Origin: Candidatus Marinamargulisbacteria bacterium
Lineage (GTDB): Bacteria; Margulisbacteria; Marinamargulisbacteria; UBA817
DNA length: 64,000 nucleotides
Direction: 5' to 3'
Assembly: GCA_023262965.1 (NCBI GenBank)
Contig: JALQXX010000002.1
Span: forward strand, 22,173-86,172
Below are positions 18,038 to 28,508 of this stretch, in pieces. A program made the position numbers and the translations under genes. A model generated the notes under the pieces. That model was not told where the DNA came from, ran no database searches, and was given only the letters and a program-made list of their open reading frames with translations. Position 1 is the first letter of the stretch. Each line of letters starts with the position of its first letter.

Positions 18038-18766
18038 ATGGTAACCCTATTCATTGTTGGTGGCGGTCGTGGTGTTGGTCGCGGGCTGGTTCAGGCTTGT
18101 TTGGATCGATACCCTTCCGTGAGGCTGTATGTGGCGACACGCCAGCCGATGACTTTTTCAGAGACCTGTTCGCCCTATCAAACCATTGTTCCGATAGTGT
18201 GGGATCCTGAGGATCCGGCGAGTTATGGGGCCATGGTGGATACCATTCGGCAGGACCAGCAGCCATTAAATCAGGCGATTATTACGGTAGGCGCCTTACA
18301 TTCATCGAATTTTTCCCCAGAAAAAACCATTCGTCGGCTGACAGCGGCGCAGATGGCGTGGTCGTTTCAGGTCAATACCATTTACCCCAGCTTGCTTATT
18401 GCCGCAATTGCGCCTATAATGACGTCCGTTGAGCCGTCTTGTTTGGCGGTGCTTAGTGCCCGCGTTGGTAGCATAACCGATAATCAACTGGGTGGCTGGT
18501 ACAGTTATCGCGCGGCAAAAGCCGCATTGAATATGGTGATTAAAACCGCTGCCATTGAGTATTCCCGGACCGTGCCATCCCTAACCCTGTTGGGGATTCA
18601 TCCTGGCACGGTGGATACCGATTTATCCAAACCGTTTCAAAAAAATAGCCATCATACCCTGTTCACTCCTGTTGAATCGGCGAACCATATTTTGGATGTT
18701 ATGCGGGACCGATTGGGGGAATCCGGTGGGGTGTTTGATTGGAAGGGGGAACGTGTTCCTGCGTAA
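18038..18766 (+). CDS. Short-chain dehydrogenase/reductase (SDR) family oxidoreductase
   Basis: Gly-rich N-terminal dinucleotide-binding loop (IVGGGRGVGRG) and catalytic YxxxK (YSYRAAKAALNM). Confidence 0.7.
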   Translation: MVTLFIVGGGRGVGRGLVQACLDRYPSVRLYVATRQPMTFSETCSPYQTIVPIVWDPEDPASYGAMVDTIRQDQQPLNQAIITVGALHSSNFSPEKTIRRLTAAQMAWSFQVNTIYPSLLIAAIAPIMTSVEPSCLAVLSARVGSITDNQLGGWYSYRAAKAALNMVIKTAAIEYSRTVPSLTLLGIHPGTVDTDLSKPFQKNSHHTLFTPVESANHILDVMRDRLGESGGVFDWKGERVPA

Positions 18767-18769
18767 GGT

Positions 18770-20230
18770 ATGATGGGGCAGCATGTATTGGTTACGGGGG
18801 CAACCGGATACATTGGCAAGCGACTGATCCCCGTATTAATTGAGCAGGGGGTTACCGTCACTTGCCTTATTCGAAATAAGCAGCGTTGCGGCTATTTTGA
18901 AGCGATGGGGGCGCAGGTTATTGTGGGGGATTTATTGTCTGAAGCCGAGGCCCCGGTTTTGCCGCCCACCATTACGCATGCGTATTTTTTGGTGCATGCC
19001 ATGAGTGATTATGTGCAAAATCTGCATGATTTTGAGGCGCAATTGGCGCATTGTTTTGTGGCAATGGTATCTAAAACGGCGTGTCGTCAGATTATTTATT
19101 TGAGTGGTTTGTGCAATTTTTCGCCGCTATCACCCCATTTAAAATCGCGTATGAATGTTGAAACCATTCTGCAGGCGAGTGGGATACCAACAACGGTGTT
19201 GCGCGCTAGTATTATTATTGGATCGGGGTCGGCATCCTTTGAAATTATTCGGGATCTGATTGAAAAATTGCCGATTATGATAGCGCCTAAATGGATTGTT
19301 AATCGGTGCCAGCCCATTTCAGTGCATACGGTGGTGAGACTCTTAATTGCGGTTCAGGATCACCCCGAGTGTTTAAATGATTGTTTTGATGTGGGTGGGC
19401 CGGATGTCTTGACCTTTAAAGCGATGATGGCCCAATATGCGGCGTTTCGGGGCTTAAATCGGTATATTTTGTCGGTGCCCGTTTTGACGTTACGGTTGTC
19501 GTCCTTATGGTTGTGTTTGGTTGCCAGCACCAATTTCTCATTGTCCCGGTATTTGGTAGACAGTATGCAATGCGATAGTGTGTGTGCGGATAATCGCATA
19601 CAATCGATTTTTCCCGAAATACGCCAAATATCCTATGCGGAATCCTTGGCCCGTGCCTTTACCCGTATTGAGGAAAATATGGTGGTGTCCAGTTGGAAAG
19701 ATTCCTGGCACATTACCAAAAAAAAGCCATTGGATGTGTATATGCAGGTGCCGGAATATGGGTGCTTAACCGATATTCAGCGTGTCCCCGTATCGGATGT
19801 CGACGCCAGTTTGGAATCGTTTTGGTGTATTGGGGGGGCGAATGGCTGGTATTACGCCACATGGTTATGGTCTATTCGGGGATTATTGGATAAGTGTATT
19901 GGTGGGGTGGGGCTTCGGCGTGGGCGTACGCACCCCACCATGATTCATAATGGGGACGCCTTGGATTTTTGGCGTGTGATTGTGGCCAATAAAGCGGATA
20001 AGCGGTTGTTGTTGTATGCCGAAATGAAATTGCCGGGACAGGCTTGGATGGAGTGGCGGATTGTTCCCGAGGGCGAGGGGTATGTCTTGGAGCAGGTGGC
20101 GACATTTCGCCCGAATGGCTTAATGGGGCGGCTGTATTGGTACGCACTCATTGTTCCGCATACCTATATTTTTAAGGGGTTGGCGCGCAAAATTGCGGCG
20201 GGTTATCAACCCGTATTGGACAATTTTTAG
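18770..20230 (+). CDS. NAD(P)-binding (NmrA/epimerase-like) domain protein fused to a DUF2867-like C-terminal domain
   Basis: N-terminal VLVTGATGYIGKRL Rossmann motif. The C-terminal ~170 aa show the conserved-uncharacterised pattern often fused to this fold. Confidence 0.5.
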   Translation: MMGQHVLVTGATGYIGKRLIPVLIEQGVTVTCLIRNKQRCGYFEAMGAQVIVGDLLSEAEAPVLPPTITHAYFLVHAMSDYVQNLHDFEAQLAHCFVAMVSKTACRQIIYLSGLCNFSPLSPHLKSRMNVETILQASGIPTTVLRASIIIGSGSASFEIIRDLIEKLPIMIAPKWIVNRCQPISVHTVVRLLIAVQDHPECLNDCFDVGGPDVLTFKAMMAQYAAFRGLNRYILSVPVLTLRLSSLWLCLVASTNFSLSRYLVDSMQCDSVCADNRIQSIFPEIRQISYAESLARAFTRIEENMVVSSWKDSWHITKKKPLDVYMQVPEYGCLTDIQRVPVSDVDASLESFWCIGGANGWYYATWLWSIRGLLDKCIGGVGLRRGRTHPTMIHNGDALDFWRVIVANKADKRLLLYAEMKLPGQAWMEWRIVPEGEGYVLEQVATFRPNGLMGRLYWYALIVPHTYIFKGLARKIAAGYQPVLDNF

Positions 20231-20239
20231 ACCCCCCCC

Positions 20240-20749
20240 TTAGTGCGTAAATTCAAAAAAAGCGCAGTTGACACAAGGCCCTACCCAAATATTTGAGGCA
20301 TACCGGCAGACCAAGTGGCTGTAATCCGCAAAAACGGTATCGCAATCAAATCGATCAAAGATTTTGGTCACGTAGACCCGGCCCAAACGGGGGTGAGCTA
20401 AGGCCGTTTTGTATAATTGCGCTCCTCCAATAACAAATAATCGGCCATTTAAGGGCGGGTTGGCAAGGGCGGCATCAAGGTCGCTCACAACCCGGGACCC
20501 CTCAATATGGGTAAGGGATTGCGACACCACCACATTCTCTCGGTTAGGTAGGGGGCGGTAGTTGGGTGGTAGCGATTCCCAGGTGCGTCGCCCCATAATG
20601 ACGCGATTTTGACCAGGGCCTTGGGTTGTTACTTGCTTAAAATGACGCATGTCAGCGGGGCAGGTCCAGGGCAACGCGTTGTTTTTGCCAATGCCCCGAT
20701 TCAGATCGTGGGCGACAATTATATCAAATGAGGGGGGATTCGTGGGCAT
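20240..20749 (-). CDS. folA: Dihydrofolate reductase
   Basis: 169 aa: IVAHDLNRGIGKNNALPW...VIMGRRTWESLP... plus a GGAQLY-type region. Confidence 0.85.
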   Translation of the reverse strand: MPTNPPSFDIIVAHDLNRGIGKNNALPWTCPADMRHFKQVTTQGPGQNRVIMGRRTWESLPPNYRPLPNRENVVVSQSLTHIEGSRVVSDLDAALANPPLNGRLFVIGGAQLYKTALAHPRLGRVYVTKIFDRFDCDTVFADYSHLVCRYASNIWVGPCVNCAFFEFTH

Positions 20750-20751
20750 AA

Positions 20752-21558
20752 CTACACGGCCACTTCAAATCGAATGGGCGCATCGTGGATATAATCGCTT
20801 AATTGAATGTCCGCAGCGTCAATTGAAAAAAACGGTTTTTTGGCTATGGTAACTCGAGGGCGTGGCTTGGGTGTTCGGGTGAGTTGCTCGCGGACACCGG
20901 CCATGTGGTTCGTGTAAATATGCGCATCCCCAATGGTATGAATAAAATAGCGTGGGATTAAATTGCATTCCTGAGCCAGCATTATAAGAAGCAGCGAATA
21001 ACTGGCAATATTGAAGGGCACCCCAACCGCAACATCGGCCGATCGCTGATACAATTGCAAATCCAAATGGCCTTGAGCAACATAGCATTGAAAAAACGTA
21101 TGACACGGGGGGAGCGCCATTTTGGGGATATCGGCCACGTTCCAGGCGGTGACAATGTGGCGGCGAGAGTCGGGATTGTTGCGCAGGCCATCGATTAATT
21201 GGGTCAACTGATCAATATGTGTTTTGGTGTATGTGCCGGCCTGATTTTGCGCGAAGGATTCCCAGTAGCGCCATTGATAGCCGTAAATCGGGCCCAAGTT
21301 TCCATCAGCGTCGGCCCAAGCGTCCCATATTCCGGTGTTTAAATGGTCGTGAATATTAGTCGCCCCGCGAATAAACCATAACAATTCGTTGACCACACTT
21401 TTGAAATAGATTTTTTTGGTGGTCACCAATGGAAATCCCTTGCGCAAATCATACCGTGTTTGGGTCCCAAAAATGGATTGGGTACCGGTTCCCGTTCGAT
21501 CGGATTTGAATTCACCATCGGTGAGTATGGTTTGGATGAGTGCGAGATAGTCCGTCAC
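20752..21558 (-). CDS. thyA: Thymidylate synthase
   Basis: 268 aa with the active-site LPPCH motif ([13 protein letters not shown]) and RSADV. Its start lies 2 nt downstream of the folA gene boundary, so the two are probably operonic. Confidence 0.9.
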   Translation of the reverse strand: MTDYLALIQTILTDGEFKSDRTGTGTQSIFGTQTRYDLRKGFPLVTTKKIYFKSVVNELLWFIRGATNIHDHLNTGIWDAWADADGNLGPIYGYQWRYWESFAQNQAGTYTKTHIDQLTQLIDGLRNNPDSRRHIVTAWNVADIPKMALPPCHTFFQCYVAQGHLDLQLYQRSADVAVGVPFNIASYSLLLIMLAQECNLIPRYFIHTIGDAHIYTNHMAGVREQLTRTPKPRPRVTIAKKPFFSIDAADIQLSDYIHDAPIRFEVAV

Positions 21559-21596
21559 ACTACACAGTTTAGCACGGTCGTATCGTTGGTTTCAAA

Positions 21597-23459
21597 TTGA
21601 CAAAATGGGTGCCGGGAACTACCCTGATAGTCATGATGACGTACGATGTAATTGTAGTGGGCTGTGGCCATGCGGGGGTTGAAGCGGTTTTAGCGGCTGC
21701 GCGAAAAGGCGCCCGTTGCGCGGTTTTTTGCTTGGATTTTAGTCGTGCGGCGAGCATGCCTTGTAATCCGTCAATAGGGGGATCAGCAAAAGGCCAGATG
21801 GTGGGGGAAATCGATGCCATGGGGGGCATTATGGGGGAGGCGGCGGATAATACCTATTTGCAAATTAAGTGGCTCAATCGCTCGCGGGGTCCGGCGGTTC
21901 ATGCCCTTCGAACACAAAACGATAAATACGAATACCCCAAATACGTTCAAAAACGCATACAGGGTCATCAAAACATTCATGTGATTGAATCGGAGGTCGC
22001 CGATGTATTGGTTTCGGATGGCCGTGTGATTGGCGTGGTGGATGCCGAGGGGCGACGTTCAATGGCCTCAGCGGTGGTTATTACAACCGGAACCTATTTA
22101 AAAGGAATGACGCATGTGGGATTAACGCATCAGCCGGCTGGCCGGATGGGTGAGGCCCCGGCCAATCGATTGTCCGGGCAATTGGCGGCCTTGGGTTTTC
22201 AAATCGGACGTTTAAAAACCGGTACGCCCCCCCGATTGTGTGCCACTTCGCTGGATTACACCCAAATGACCCCACAACCGGGGGATTCCGGGTTTTTGCA
22301 TTTTTCGTTTCGGACATCCGATACGGGTCGCCAAGCCCAGCAAGTGCCCTGTTTTTTGACCCAAACCAATGCCGACACGCACCAGATTATTCGGGACAAT
22401 TTGGGGGAATCGCCGTTATATGCGGGGATTATTAAAGGCTCCGGGCCGCGGTATTGTCCGTCGATTGAAGACAAGGTCATGCGCTTTGCCGATAAATCAT
22501 CCCATCATTTGTTTATCGAGCCCGAAAGCCGGTCCACTTCAGAAATGTACATTCAGGGCCTCAATACATCCCTGCCCGAACATGCCCAGCGTGGTATTTT
22601 AGACACCATCCCCGGGTTGCAGCACGCTATAATGCTCAAACCGGGTTATGCGGTTGAATACGATTTTGTGTATCCGGATCAATTATTCCCGACACTGGAG
22701 TCTAAGCGTGTGGGGGGATTGTTTTTTGCGGGTCAAATTAATGGGACCTCGGGCTATGAAGAAGCGGCGGCACAAGGCCTTATTGCGGGTATGAACGCGG
22801 CGAATGTTGCGCAATCGCAGCCAACCGTGATTGTTCCCCGCGAATCATCGTACATGGGGACCTTAGTGGATGACTTAACCGCTAAATCGGTGATTAACGA
22901 ACCGTATCGTATGATGACCGCTCGATCGGAGTATCGGTTGTTGTTGCGCCAGGATAACGCCTTAGAACGGCTCTCCGGATTGGCGCATAGCCAAGGATTA
23001 CTAACCGATGCGGATATGGTCACTATCCGTAAGCAGCATCAGGATTATCTAACCTGCTTGGATATGTTTACGACGCAAAAAGTGGACGCTAAGCTGGCGG
23101 ACCACTACGGTGTTGCCGGATCGGTGTACGCAGGCCTGATTCGGCGACCCGATGTGGCGGTTTCGGATTTGTGCGCGGCAATGGCGGATCGGTTTAATCC
23201 CGAAGTGGTTACCAAGGCTGTTACCCATATTCGATACGAAGGCTATATTCGTCGCCAAGAGAAGCAGGTTGCGGATTTGAATCGATTCAATGATTTACCG
23301 ATTGATGCCATTGATATGGATGCCGTATCGGGCCTTCGTACCGAAAGCCGGGATAAACTGCAGCGGTTTAAACCCAAAACGGTTCGTGAGGCGCAAAAAA
23401 TCGCCGGAATTAATCCTGCGGATCTTATGTTGGTTATTTCCCATGCTAAACGATCATAA
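21597..23459 (+). CDS. mnmG: tRNA uridine-5-carboxymethylaminomethyl modification enzyme MnmG (GidA)
   Basis: FAD-binding motif [15 protein letters not shown] and conserved C-terminal regions. The true start is probably the ATG at 21633 (MTYDVIVVG...). Confidence 0.9.
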   Translation: MTKWVPGTTLIVMMTYDVIVVGCGHAGVEAVLAAARKGARCAVFCLDFSRAASMPCNPSIGGSAKGQMVGEIDAMGGIMGEAADNTYLQIKWLNRSRGPAVHALRTQNDKYEYPKYVQKRIQGHQNIHVIESEVADVLVSDGRVIGVVDAEGRRSMASAVVITTGTYLKGMTHVGLTHQPAGRMGEAPANRLSGQLAALGFQIGRLKTGTPPRLCATSLDYTQMTPQPGDSGFLHFSFRTSDTGRQAQQVPCFLTQTNADTHQIIRDNLGESPLYAGIIKGSGPRYCPSIEDKVMRFADKSSHHLFIEPESRSTSEMYIQGLNTSLPEHAQRGILDTIPGLQHAIMLKPGYAVEYDFVYPDQLFPTLESKRVGGLFFAGQINGTSGYEEAAAQGLIAGMNAANVAQSQPTVIVPRESSYMGTLVDDLTAKSVINEPYRMMTARSEYRLLLRQDNALERLSGLAHSQGLLTDADMVTIRKQHQDYLTCLDMFTTQKVDAKLADHYGVAGSVYAGLIRRPDVAVSDLCAAMADRFNPEVVTKAVTHIRYEGYIRRQEKQVADLNRFNDLPIDAIDMDAVSGLRTESRDKLQRFKPKTVREAQKIAGINPADLMLVISHAKRS

Positions 23460-24066
23460 TTTGGCCCAAATTCAACGATTTTGTGATGAGCTAAGGGTTT
23501 ATAACGCCCATACCAATATTTATTCAAAAAAAAGCTATGATCATTTGCCATATCACACCGAAGATTCCATTCAATTGGCGGGGCTGGTGAATCACGGTGG
23601 CATTCATGTGGACATTGGATCGGGCTCGGGGTTTCCTGGTGTAATTATTGCGTTATTAACGGAAGCAACGGTTATTTGTGTGGAGTCCAAGTCCCGTAAA
23701 CGGCGATTTTTGCAGCACATTCAAACGACTTTGGGAATTCGTAATTTGATTGTTTTTGAGGGGGATTTTCAATTGTTTGCCACAACGTATCGCAAAAAAG
23801 CGCGTATTCAGACGTTTTCGGCGAAAGCATTTGCAAAGCCCCCTGCACTGTTAGCCGCCTTAGCGGGGGTAAATCCCGGTCGGTACGCGCCGGATGCCGT
23901 ATGTTGGGTACCGATTTCCGTAAACCAAAAGCCCTTTTTGGAGCCATACGACACCGTTGTTTCGGTGACCTCACCGCGAACGGGTGAGGTTTTTTGGTAC
24001 TTTAGGATTCGGATGGCGGCATTTCGATCGTACAAAGCTGATCTAAAAACGCAATATACGCTTTGA
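23443..24066 (+). CDS. rsmG: 16S rRNA (guanine527-N7)-methyltransferase RsmG (GidB)
   Basis: Internal ATG of the 23290 ORF gives 208 aa with the SAM motif [17 protein letters not shown]. It overlaps the mnmG stop by 17 nt. Confidence 0.8.
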   Translation: MLNDHNLAQIQRFCDELRVYNAHTNIYSKKSYDHLPYHTEDSIQLAGLVNHGGIHVDIGSGSGFPGVIIALLTEATVICVESKSRKRRFLQHIQTTLGIRNLIVFEGDFQLFATTYRKKARIQTFSAKAFAKPPALLAALAGVNPGRYAPDAVCWVPISVNQKPFLEPYDTVVSVTSPRTGEVFWYFRIRMAAFRSYKADLKTQYTL

Positions 24067-24862
24067 ATTGCGGGTAGGATACGGTAACGGTTAACTGATT
24101 GTTGCGGTTGTGACGGATGTCGACCGGGGTATTCAATGTTTTGGACAGTTTGGTGGCATATTGATCAAAAATAGCGACGGTTTTTGAGGGGCGCTTTTTT
24201 TTGCTGGCTTTTCCCCATGCCTCGGCTTGCCGAACGGTTAGTTTTTTGTCGATAATATCTCGGGCTAACGCTAAGCACGTATCGGGATCGTGACTGTGAT
24301 CAACGAGTGTTCGTGCGTGCCCTTCCAGGAGCGCCCCTTCAATCATCAATTGCTGAACCGATTCAGGCAGTTTGAGCAGACGCATAATGTTGGCAATGGA
24401 CGAGCGGGATCGCGCAAAAATGTGGCTGAGCTTTTCTTGGGTATAGCCAAAGGTATCCACGAGATTTTGAAAGGATTGCGCGATTTCAATAACGCTTAGG
24501 TTTTCCCGGTCAATGTTCTCAACAATCGCTATTTCGCAGGACTCTTTATCGGAAACACTTTTTACGATAGCCGGAATGGTGGTGAATTCGTTTAATTTGC
24601 AGGCCTGAAATCGGCGTTCCCCAACCACAATTTCGTAGTCATTGCCAACGGGTCGAACAACAATGGGCTGGGTTAATCCGTGAATTTTTATCGAATGCGC
24701 CAGCTCGGCGAGGGCTGTGGGGTCCATATATTTACGCGGTTGAAACGGATTGGGGCGAATCCGATCGATGGGCAGCAAATCTACGGATGATTCGTTGCGA
24801 GATACCAGGGCGGGAATGAGGGCGTCTAAGCCCTTTCCGAGTCTAGGGTTTTGTTTGTGCAC
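24002..24862 (-). CDS. parB: Chromosome partitioning protein ParB
   Basis: N-terminal ParB box (GKGLDALIP), HTH and dimerisation domains. Its start overlaps the parA stop. Confidence 0.85.
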   Translation of the reverse strand: MHKQNPRLGKGLDALIPALVSRNESSVDLLPIDRIRPNPFQPRKYMDPTALAELAHSIKIHGLTQPIVVRPVGNDYEIVVGERRFQACKLNEFTTIPAIVKSVSDKESCEIAIVENIDRENLSVIEIAQSFQNLVDTFGYTQEKLSHIFARSRSSIANIMRLLKLPESVQQLMIEGALLEGHARTLVDHSHDPDTCLALARDIIDKKLTVRQAEAWGKASKKKRPSKTVAIFDQYATKLSKTLNTPVDIRHNRNNQLTVTVSYPQFKAYIAFLDQLCTIEMPPSES

Positions 24863-25604
24863 GATGAATAACCTCCTTGGTTAGATGATAATACGCAATA
24901 GAGCCGGATGACCGGGGCTGATACAGCGCAATGGGTAAGCCAAAGCTGGGGGCCTCGGCTAAGCGGATGTTTCGGGGAATGATGGTGTCAAATACTAGGT
25001 TTTTGAAATGCGATTTGGCGTTGGCGACGACTTGCCGATTGAGTTGGGTGCGACGATCAAACATTGTTAGCACAATGCCAAGAACATTCAGGGATGGATT
25101 AATCCGATCCTTTACCAGTTGGAATGTACTCATTAATTTCGCCAGTCCTTCTAAGGCAAAATATTCACACTGCAATGGGATAATAAGCTGCTGGCTTGCC
25201 GTAAACGCGTTTAATGTAAGGAGGCTTAAGGATGGTGCGCAGTCAATGATGATATAATCGTATTCGGACTGAATGGGCTGAAGCATTTGACGAAGCATTG
25301 TTTCACGTGAAACAATTTGGGACAGCTCAACATCGGCGCCCGCTAGCGCATGCGATGCAGGAAGCAGGTGAAGGTTTTCAAATGCGGTGGGGTAGGTGCA
25401 GTCATCAAGGGCATGCGTGCCGGATAATACATCGTAGATTGAGTAACGGATTGTTGTGACGGCAATCCCAATGGCCGATGTGGCATTGGCTTGCGGATCC
25501 AAGTCAATGAGTAAGGTTCGATAGCCAAAGTCGCTAATAAACAAGGCCACGTTCACCGCCGTGGTTGTTTTTCCCACGCCGCCTTTTTGATTGGTTACAG
25601 CCAT
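24843..25604 (-). CDS. parA: Chromosome partitioning ATPase ParA (Soj)
   Basis: Deviant Walker A KGGVGKTT (MAVTNQKGGVGKTTTAVN). The ORF-track start at 25625 is also possible. Confidence 0.85.
   Translation of the reverse strand: MAVTNQKGGVGKTTTAVNVALFISDFGYRTLLIDLDPQANATSAIGIAVTTIRYSIYDVLSGTHALDDCTYPTAFENLHLLPASHALAGADVELSQIVSRETMLRQMLQPIQSEYDYIIIDCAPSLSLLTLNAFTASQQLIIPLQCEYFALEGLAKLMSTFQLVKDRINPSLNVLGIVLTMFDRRTQLNRQVVANAKSHFKNLVFDTIIPRNIRLAEAPSFGLPIALYQPRSSGSIAYYHLTKEVIHRAQTKP
25299..25314. promoter_or_regulatory. parS: parS centromere-like site, perfect 16-bp palindrome TGTTTCACGTGAAACA
   Basis: Exact match to the widely conserved ParB-binding parS consensus, located inside the parA coding sequence. 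Confidence 0.75.
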
Positions 25605-25752
25605 TGTTATTGCGCCCATACACAAAAAATACGCTATGTTTGCAAAAAAGAAAAGTCTTGGGGGTCAATTCATACGCGATTTAAGGTCTGACCGGGTGGC
25701 GATATCATGGCAATTGCATTCTGTATTGGATTAAGCCATTATAGTAGGCATT

Positions 25753-28431
25753 ATGATATCAAATTGGCCCTCTTTAAACACCGGTGGGGCGCTTGTTGCC
25801 CGTACGGATTCACAAAATGACACCGGTGCCCCTGAAGCCAGTCCCGCACAGGCAGCAACGGTAGAAGCGTTAGTAGGACGCATCCCACAAGTTATGGTAT
25901 TCCATCCGCCTCATCCGGTGGGGATTGGCGAATTGGATGCTGATTTAAAAGAAAAAATATACACTACGTGCACACAGGATCGGTTTACGACCCATCGACT
26001 GATAATCAGTGCCTTGGATGGAAGTATCGCCCAACCGTACATGCGGCCATTTTTTAATGCGATTGATGCGGTTCGGGCCACGATTATCATCAATCAATCG
26101 AGTTGGGATAGTGCCCACAAAATCCAGTATATTAAACGTATTCTGCGGGTTTTGGCTGAGGTTAGTCCATCCATGGGACGGGAGTATTTGATCGGCGAGG
26201 TTCATTTGCCACGGGGAATTGGTTGGTTTAATCGGCCCACCCAATGGGAGGATACGGACTTAAGAATTGAACAAAAAGAGCGGTTGTTTTTTGATTGTGC
26301 ACGATTTGGAACCATCGGCATTAAAGCCTGTCAACGGGCGTTTTTGTTTTCAAAAAATGCCCATGCGGACACGATTGTGGATGCCTTTGGTGCAGCGGCT
26401 CGGAATGGTCATTGGAATACAATAAGATGGATGCAGCGCACCTATGGTCTTACCGCTGAGGATATTCGACAAAACGATTGTTTAGCAATTACATCGGCGG
26501 CAGCCAATGGTTTTTTGGATATTGTCACGTGGCTGTATGCAACCTATGATTTGGCGGCTGATGATGTGCAAAAATCCAGCCAGATGGCGTTTAGACAGGC
26601 CGCTTTCAATGGCCATTTGGATGTCTTGAAATGGCTACACACGACATACCCTATGGCTATAAGTGATCTGCGAAACGATTTTTTTGGGGTGATCCAATCT
26701 GCGGTTCAAAATAATCATTTGGATGTATTGATATGGCTGCAAACAACGTATTCATTGGGGGCAGATGATGCACGAAACGGTGGTAATAAGGCGTTAAAAC
26801 ATGCTGCAAATAACGGGTGTATGGGGGTGTTCACGTGTTTATTCACCCATTACGGTTTGGATGTTGGGGATGTCCGAGCAGATGATGGACACATTATTCG
26901 AGCGGTTGTCAAACAGGGGCATTTGCACCTACTAAAATGGCTGCATAACACCTTCAATTTGACGATAAATGATGTTCTCGGCCACAACAAATCGGGATTT
27001 CAAGACGTAGCGGCTAATGGGCATTTGGAGGTTTTAAAATGGTTGGGCGCCACATATGAATTGACCGCAAATGATGTACACGATCGGAATAAGCGTGCAT
27101 TTCAAATGGCGGCCACCAATGGTCACTTGGGGGTATTAAAATGGTTGCAGCGTCATTACCCGTTGCCCACTAATAATGCCCATAACAATTATGAGCGTGC
27201 GTGTAGAATGGCCGCGGGAAGGGGGCACTGGGATGTGGTCCAATGGCTGTGCACCATATCCGATTTGATACCCAATGATACCCATGTGCTAAATAGTGTG
27301 GTTCAAAGCGCGGCGACTATCAAAGGCGGGTTTTATATATTGAAATGGTTGTACCGTGTTTACGAACTTCGCGTCAATCGGGCGATTGATATATTGGGTT
27401 TGTTTCGATGTATTGCCGACGCATATCAGCCGGAGGTATTAACCTGGGTTCACGATACCTATGGGGTTCTTAATGCCGATAATTTACGAGCCGATGATCA
27501 GTGGCTGTTGAAACAGATTTGTCGCAATATGGATGGACTCCGATGGCTATGTAAGCGGTATGCGCTGCATCCAAATGATATTCGATTCATGTATGATAAG
27601 GGGCTATTGTGTGCCATACGTGATGATTCAGTGGAGATGTTGCAATGGATCTATAACACGTATCAATTGACGCCAAATGATATGCGGGCCAACACCAATT
27701 ATGTGTTGCGGCGTGCGGCAACACACGGGGCTATCGCCATATTGCAGTGGTTGCACGATACCTGTGATTTACGTGCTGATGATGCGCGAGCCAATGGCAA
27801 CGAAGCCATTCAAAAAGCCGCGGAAGGGTATAGTCTCCAGGTATTGGAATGTTTGCATGATACCTACGGGCTAACGGCCGATGATGCGCGAGCCAATGGT
27901 CATTATGCCCTCCAAAAGGCCGCTTCGATGAATCGTGTGAATACCCTTCAATGTTTGCATGATACCTATGGGTTAAACGCTGATGATGCACGCGTTCAGG
28001 CCAATTATGCATTGCGATTTGCCGCGGAGCATAACCAATATAGGGTATTAAAATGCCTGCGAAATACATACGGATTGGACCGTGATGATGCACGGACGAA
28101 CGATAATGAGGCGTTTAAAAAAGCCGCTGCCAATGGTCATATCGATGTGCTTCGATGCCTGTACTACACGTATGGCTTGAGGGCAAATGATGCCCGATCC
28201 AATAGGAATTATGCGCTGCGATATGCTGCGGCAAATGGGTTGCTTAGCGTATTAAAATGCCTATACCATACATATGGGTTGGGGGTTGCGGATTTTCGCA
28301 CCAATGACAATGACGCGTTAAAAAGTGCCGAGACAAACGGGCATGTGGATGTTGTGCGATGGCTACACAATACCGTTTTCAAAGAGCGTGGCGCTCCGGG
28401 CAAAATCAACCATAATAGCCCGACGGAATGA
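25753..28431 (+). CDS. Ankyrin-like tandem-repeat protein (892 aa): ~200-aa unique N-terminal domain plus ~19 repeats of 34 aa
   Basis: The repeat consensus is roughly ALxxAAxNGHLDVLKWLHxTYGLxADDARxNxN. It matches the ANK core (PLHxAAxNGHLEVVKLLLxxGADxN) but is one residue longer. No signal peptide. The 3' third of the gene is a near-regular 102-bp DNA tandem repeat. Confidence 0.6.
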   Translation: MISNWPSLNTGGALVARTDSQNDTGAPEASPAQAATVEALVGRIPQVMVFHPPHPVGIGELDADLKEKIYTTCTQDRFTTHRLIISALDGSIAQPYMRPFFNAIDAVRATIIINQSSWDSAHKIQYIKRILRVLAEVSPSMGREYLIGEVHLPRGIGWFNRPTQWEDTDLRIEQKERLFFDCARFGTIGIKACQRAFLFSKNAHADTIVDAFGAAARNGHWNTIRWMQRTYGLTAEDIRQNDCLAITSAAANGFLDIVTWLYATYDLAADDVQKSSQMAFRQAAFNGHLDVLKWLHTTYPMAISDLRNDFFGVIQSAVQNNHLDVLIWLQTTYSLGADDARNGGNKALKHAANNGCMGVFTCLFTHYGLDVGDVRADDGHIIRAVVKQGHLHLLKWLHNTFNLTINDVLGHNKSGFQDVAANGHLEVLKWLGATYELTANDVHDRNKRAFQMAATNGHLGVLKWLQRHYPLPTNNAHNNYERACRMAAGRGHWDVVQWLCTISDLIPNDTHVLNSVVQSAATIKGGFYILKWLYRVYELRVNRAIDILGLFRCIADAYQPEVLTWVHDTYGVLNADNLRADDQWLLKQICRNMDGLRWLCKRYALHPNDIRFMYDKGLLCAIRDDSVEMLQWIYNTYQLTPNDMRANTNYVLRRAATHGAIAILQWLHDTCDLRADDARANGNEAIQKAAEGYSLQVLECLHDTYGLTADDARANGHYALQKAASMNRVNTLQCLHDTYGLNADDARVQANYALRFAAEHNQYRVLKCLRNTYGLDRDDARTNDNEAFKKAAANGHIDVLRCLYYTYGLRANDARSNRNYALRYAAANGLLSVLKCLYHTYGLGVADFRTNDNDALKSAETNGHVDVVRWLHNTVFKERGAPGKINHNSPTE
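27733..28344 (+). repeat. In-frame 102-bp tandem DNA repeat (about 6 consecutive units, ~60-75% identical) inside the ankyrin-like gene
   Basis: Successive units begin ttgcacgatacctgtgattt..., ttgcatgatacctacgggct..., ttgcatgatacctatgggtt..., ctgcgaaatacatacggatt.... The GATGATGC(G/A)CG core recurs every 102 nt. Confidence 0.6.
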
Positions 28432-28508
28432 TTGCGGTTTATAAAACTTGTGATTGCGTGCCAAATTTATTACACTATAGATTAGTTTAAAGTTTAGGGA
28501 GAATATAA

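Noticed and set aside
21596-21640. TTGACA hexamer at 21596-21601 as a mnmG promoter -35
   Set aside because: No acceptable -10 at 16-19 nt spacing. The hexamer lies inside the over-extended N-terminus of the mnmG ORF-track call, and the real start is probably 21633.
27733-28344. Regularly spaced 102-bp repeats, considered as a possible CRISPR array or minisatellite
   Set aside because: The units are about 60-75% identical rather than exact, have no short conserved repeat/spacer structure, and are in frame within a long ORF encoding a 34-aa protein repeat. This is a coding tandem repeat, not CRISPR.
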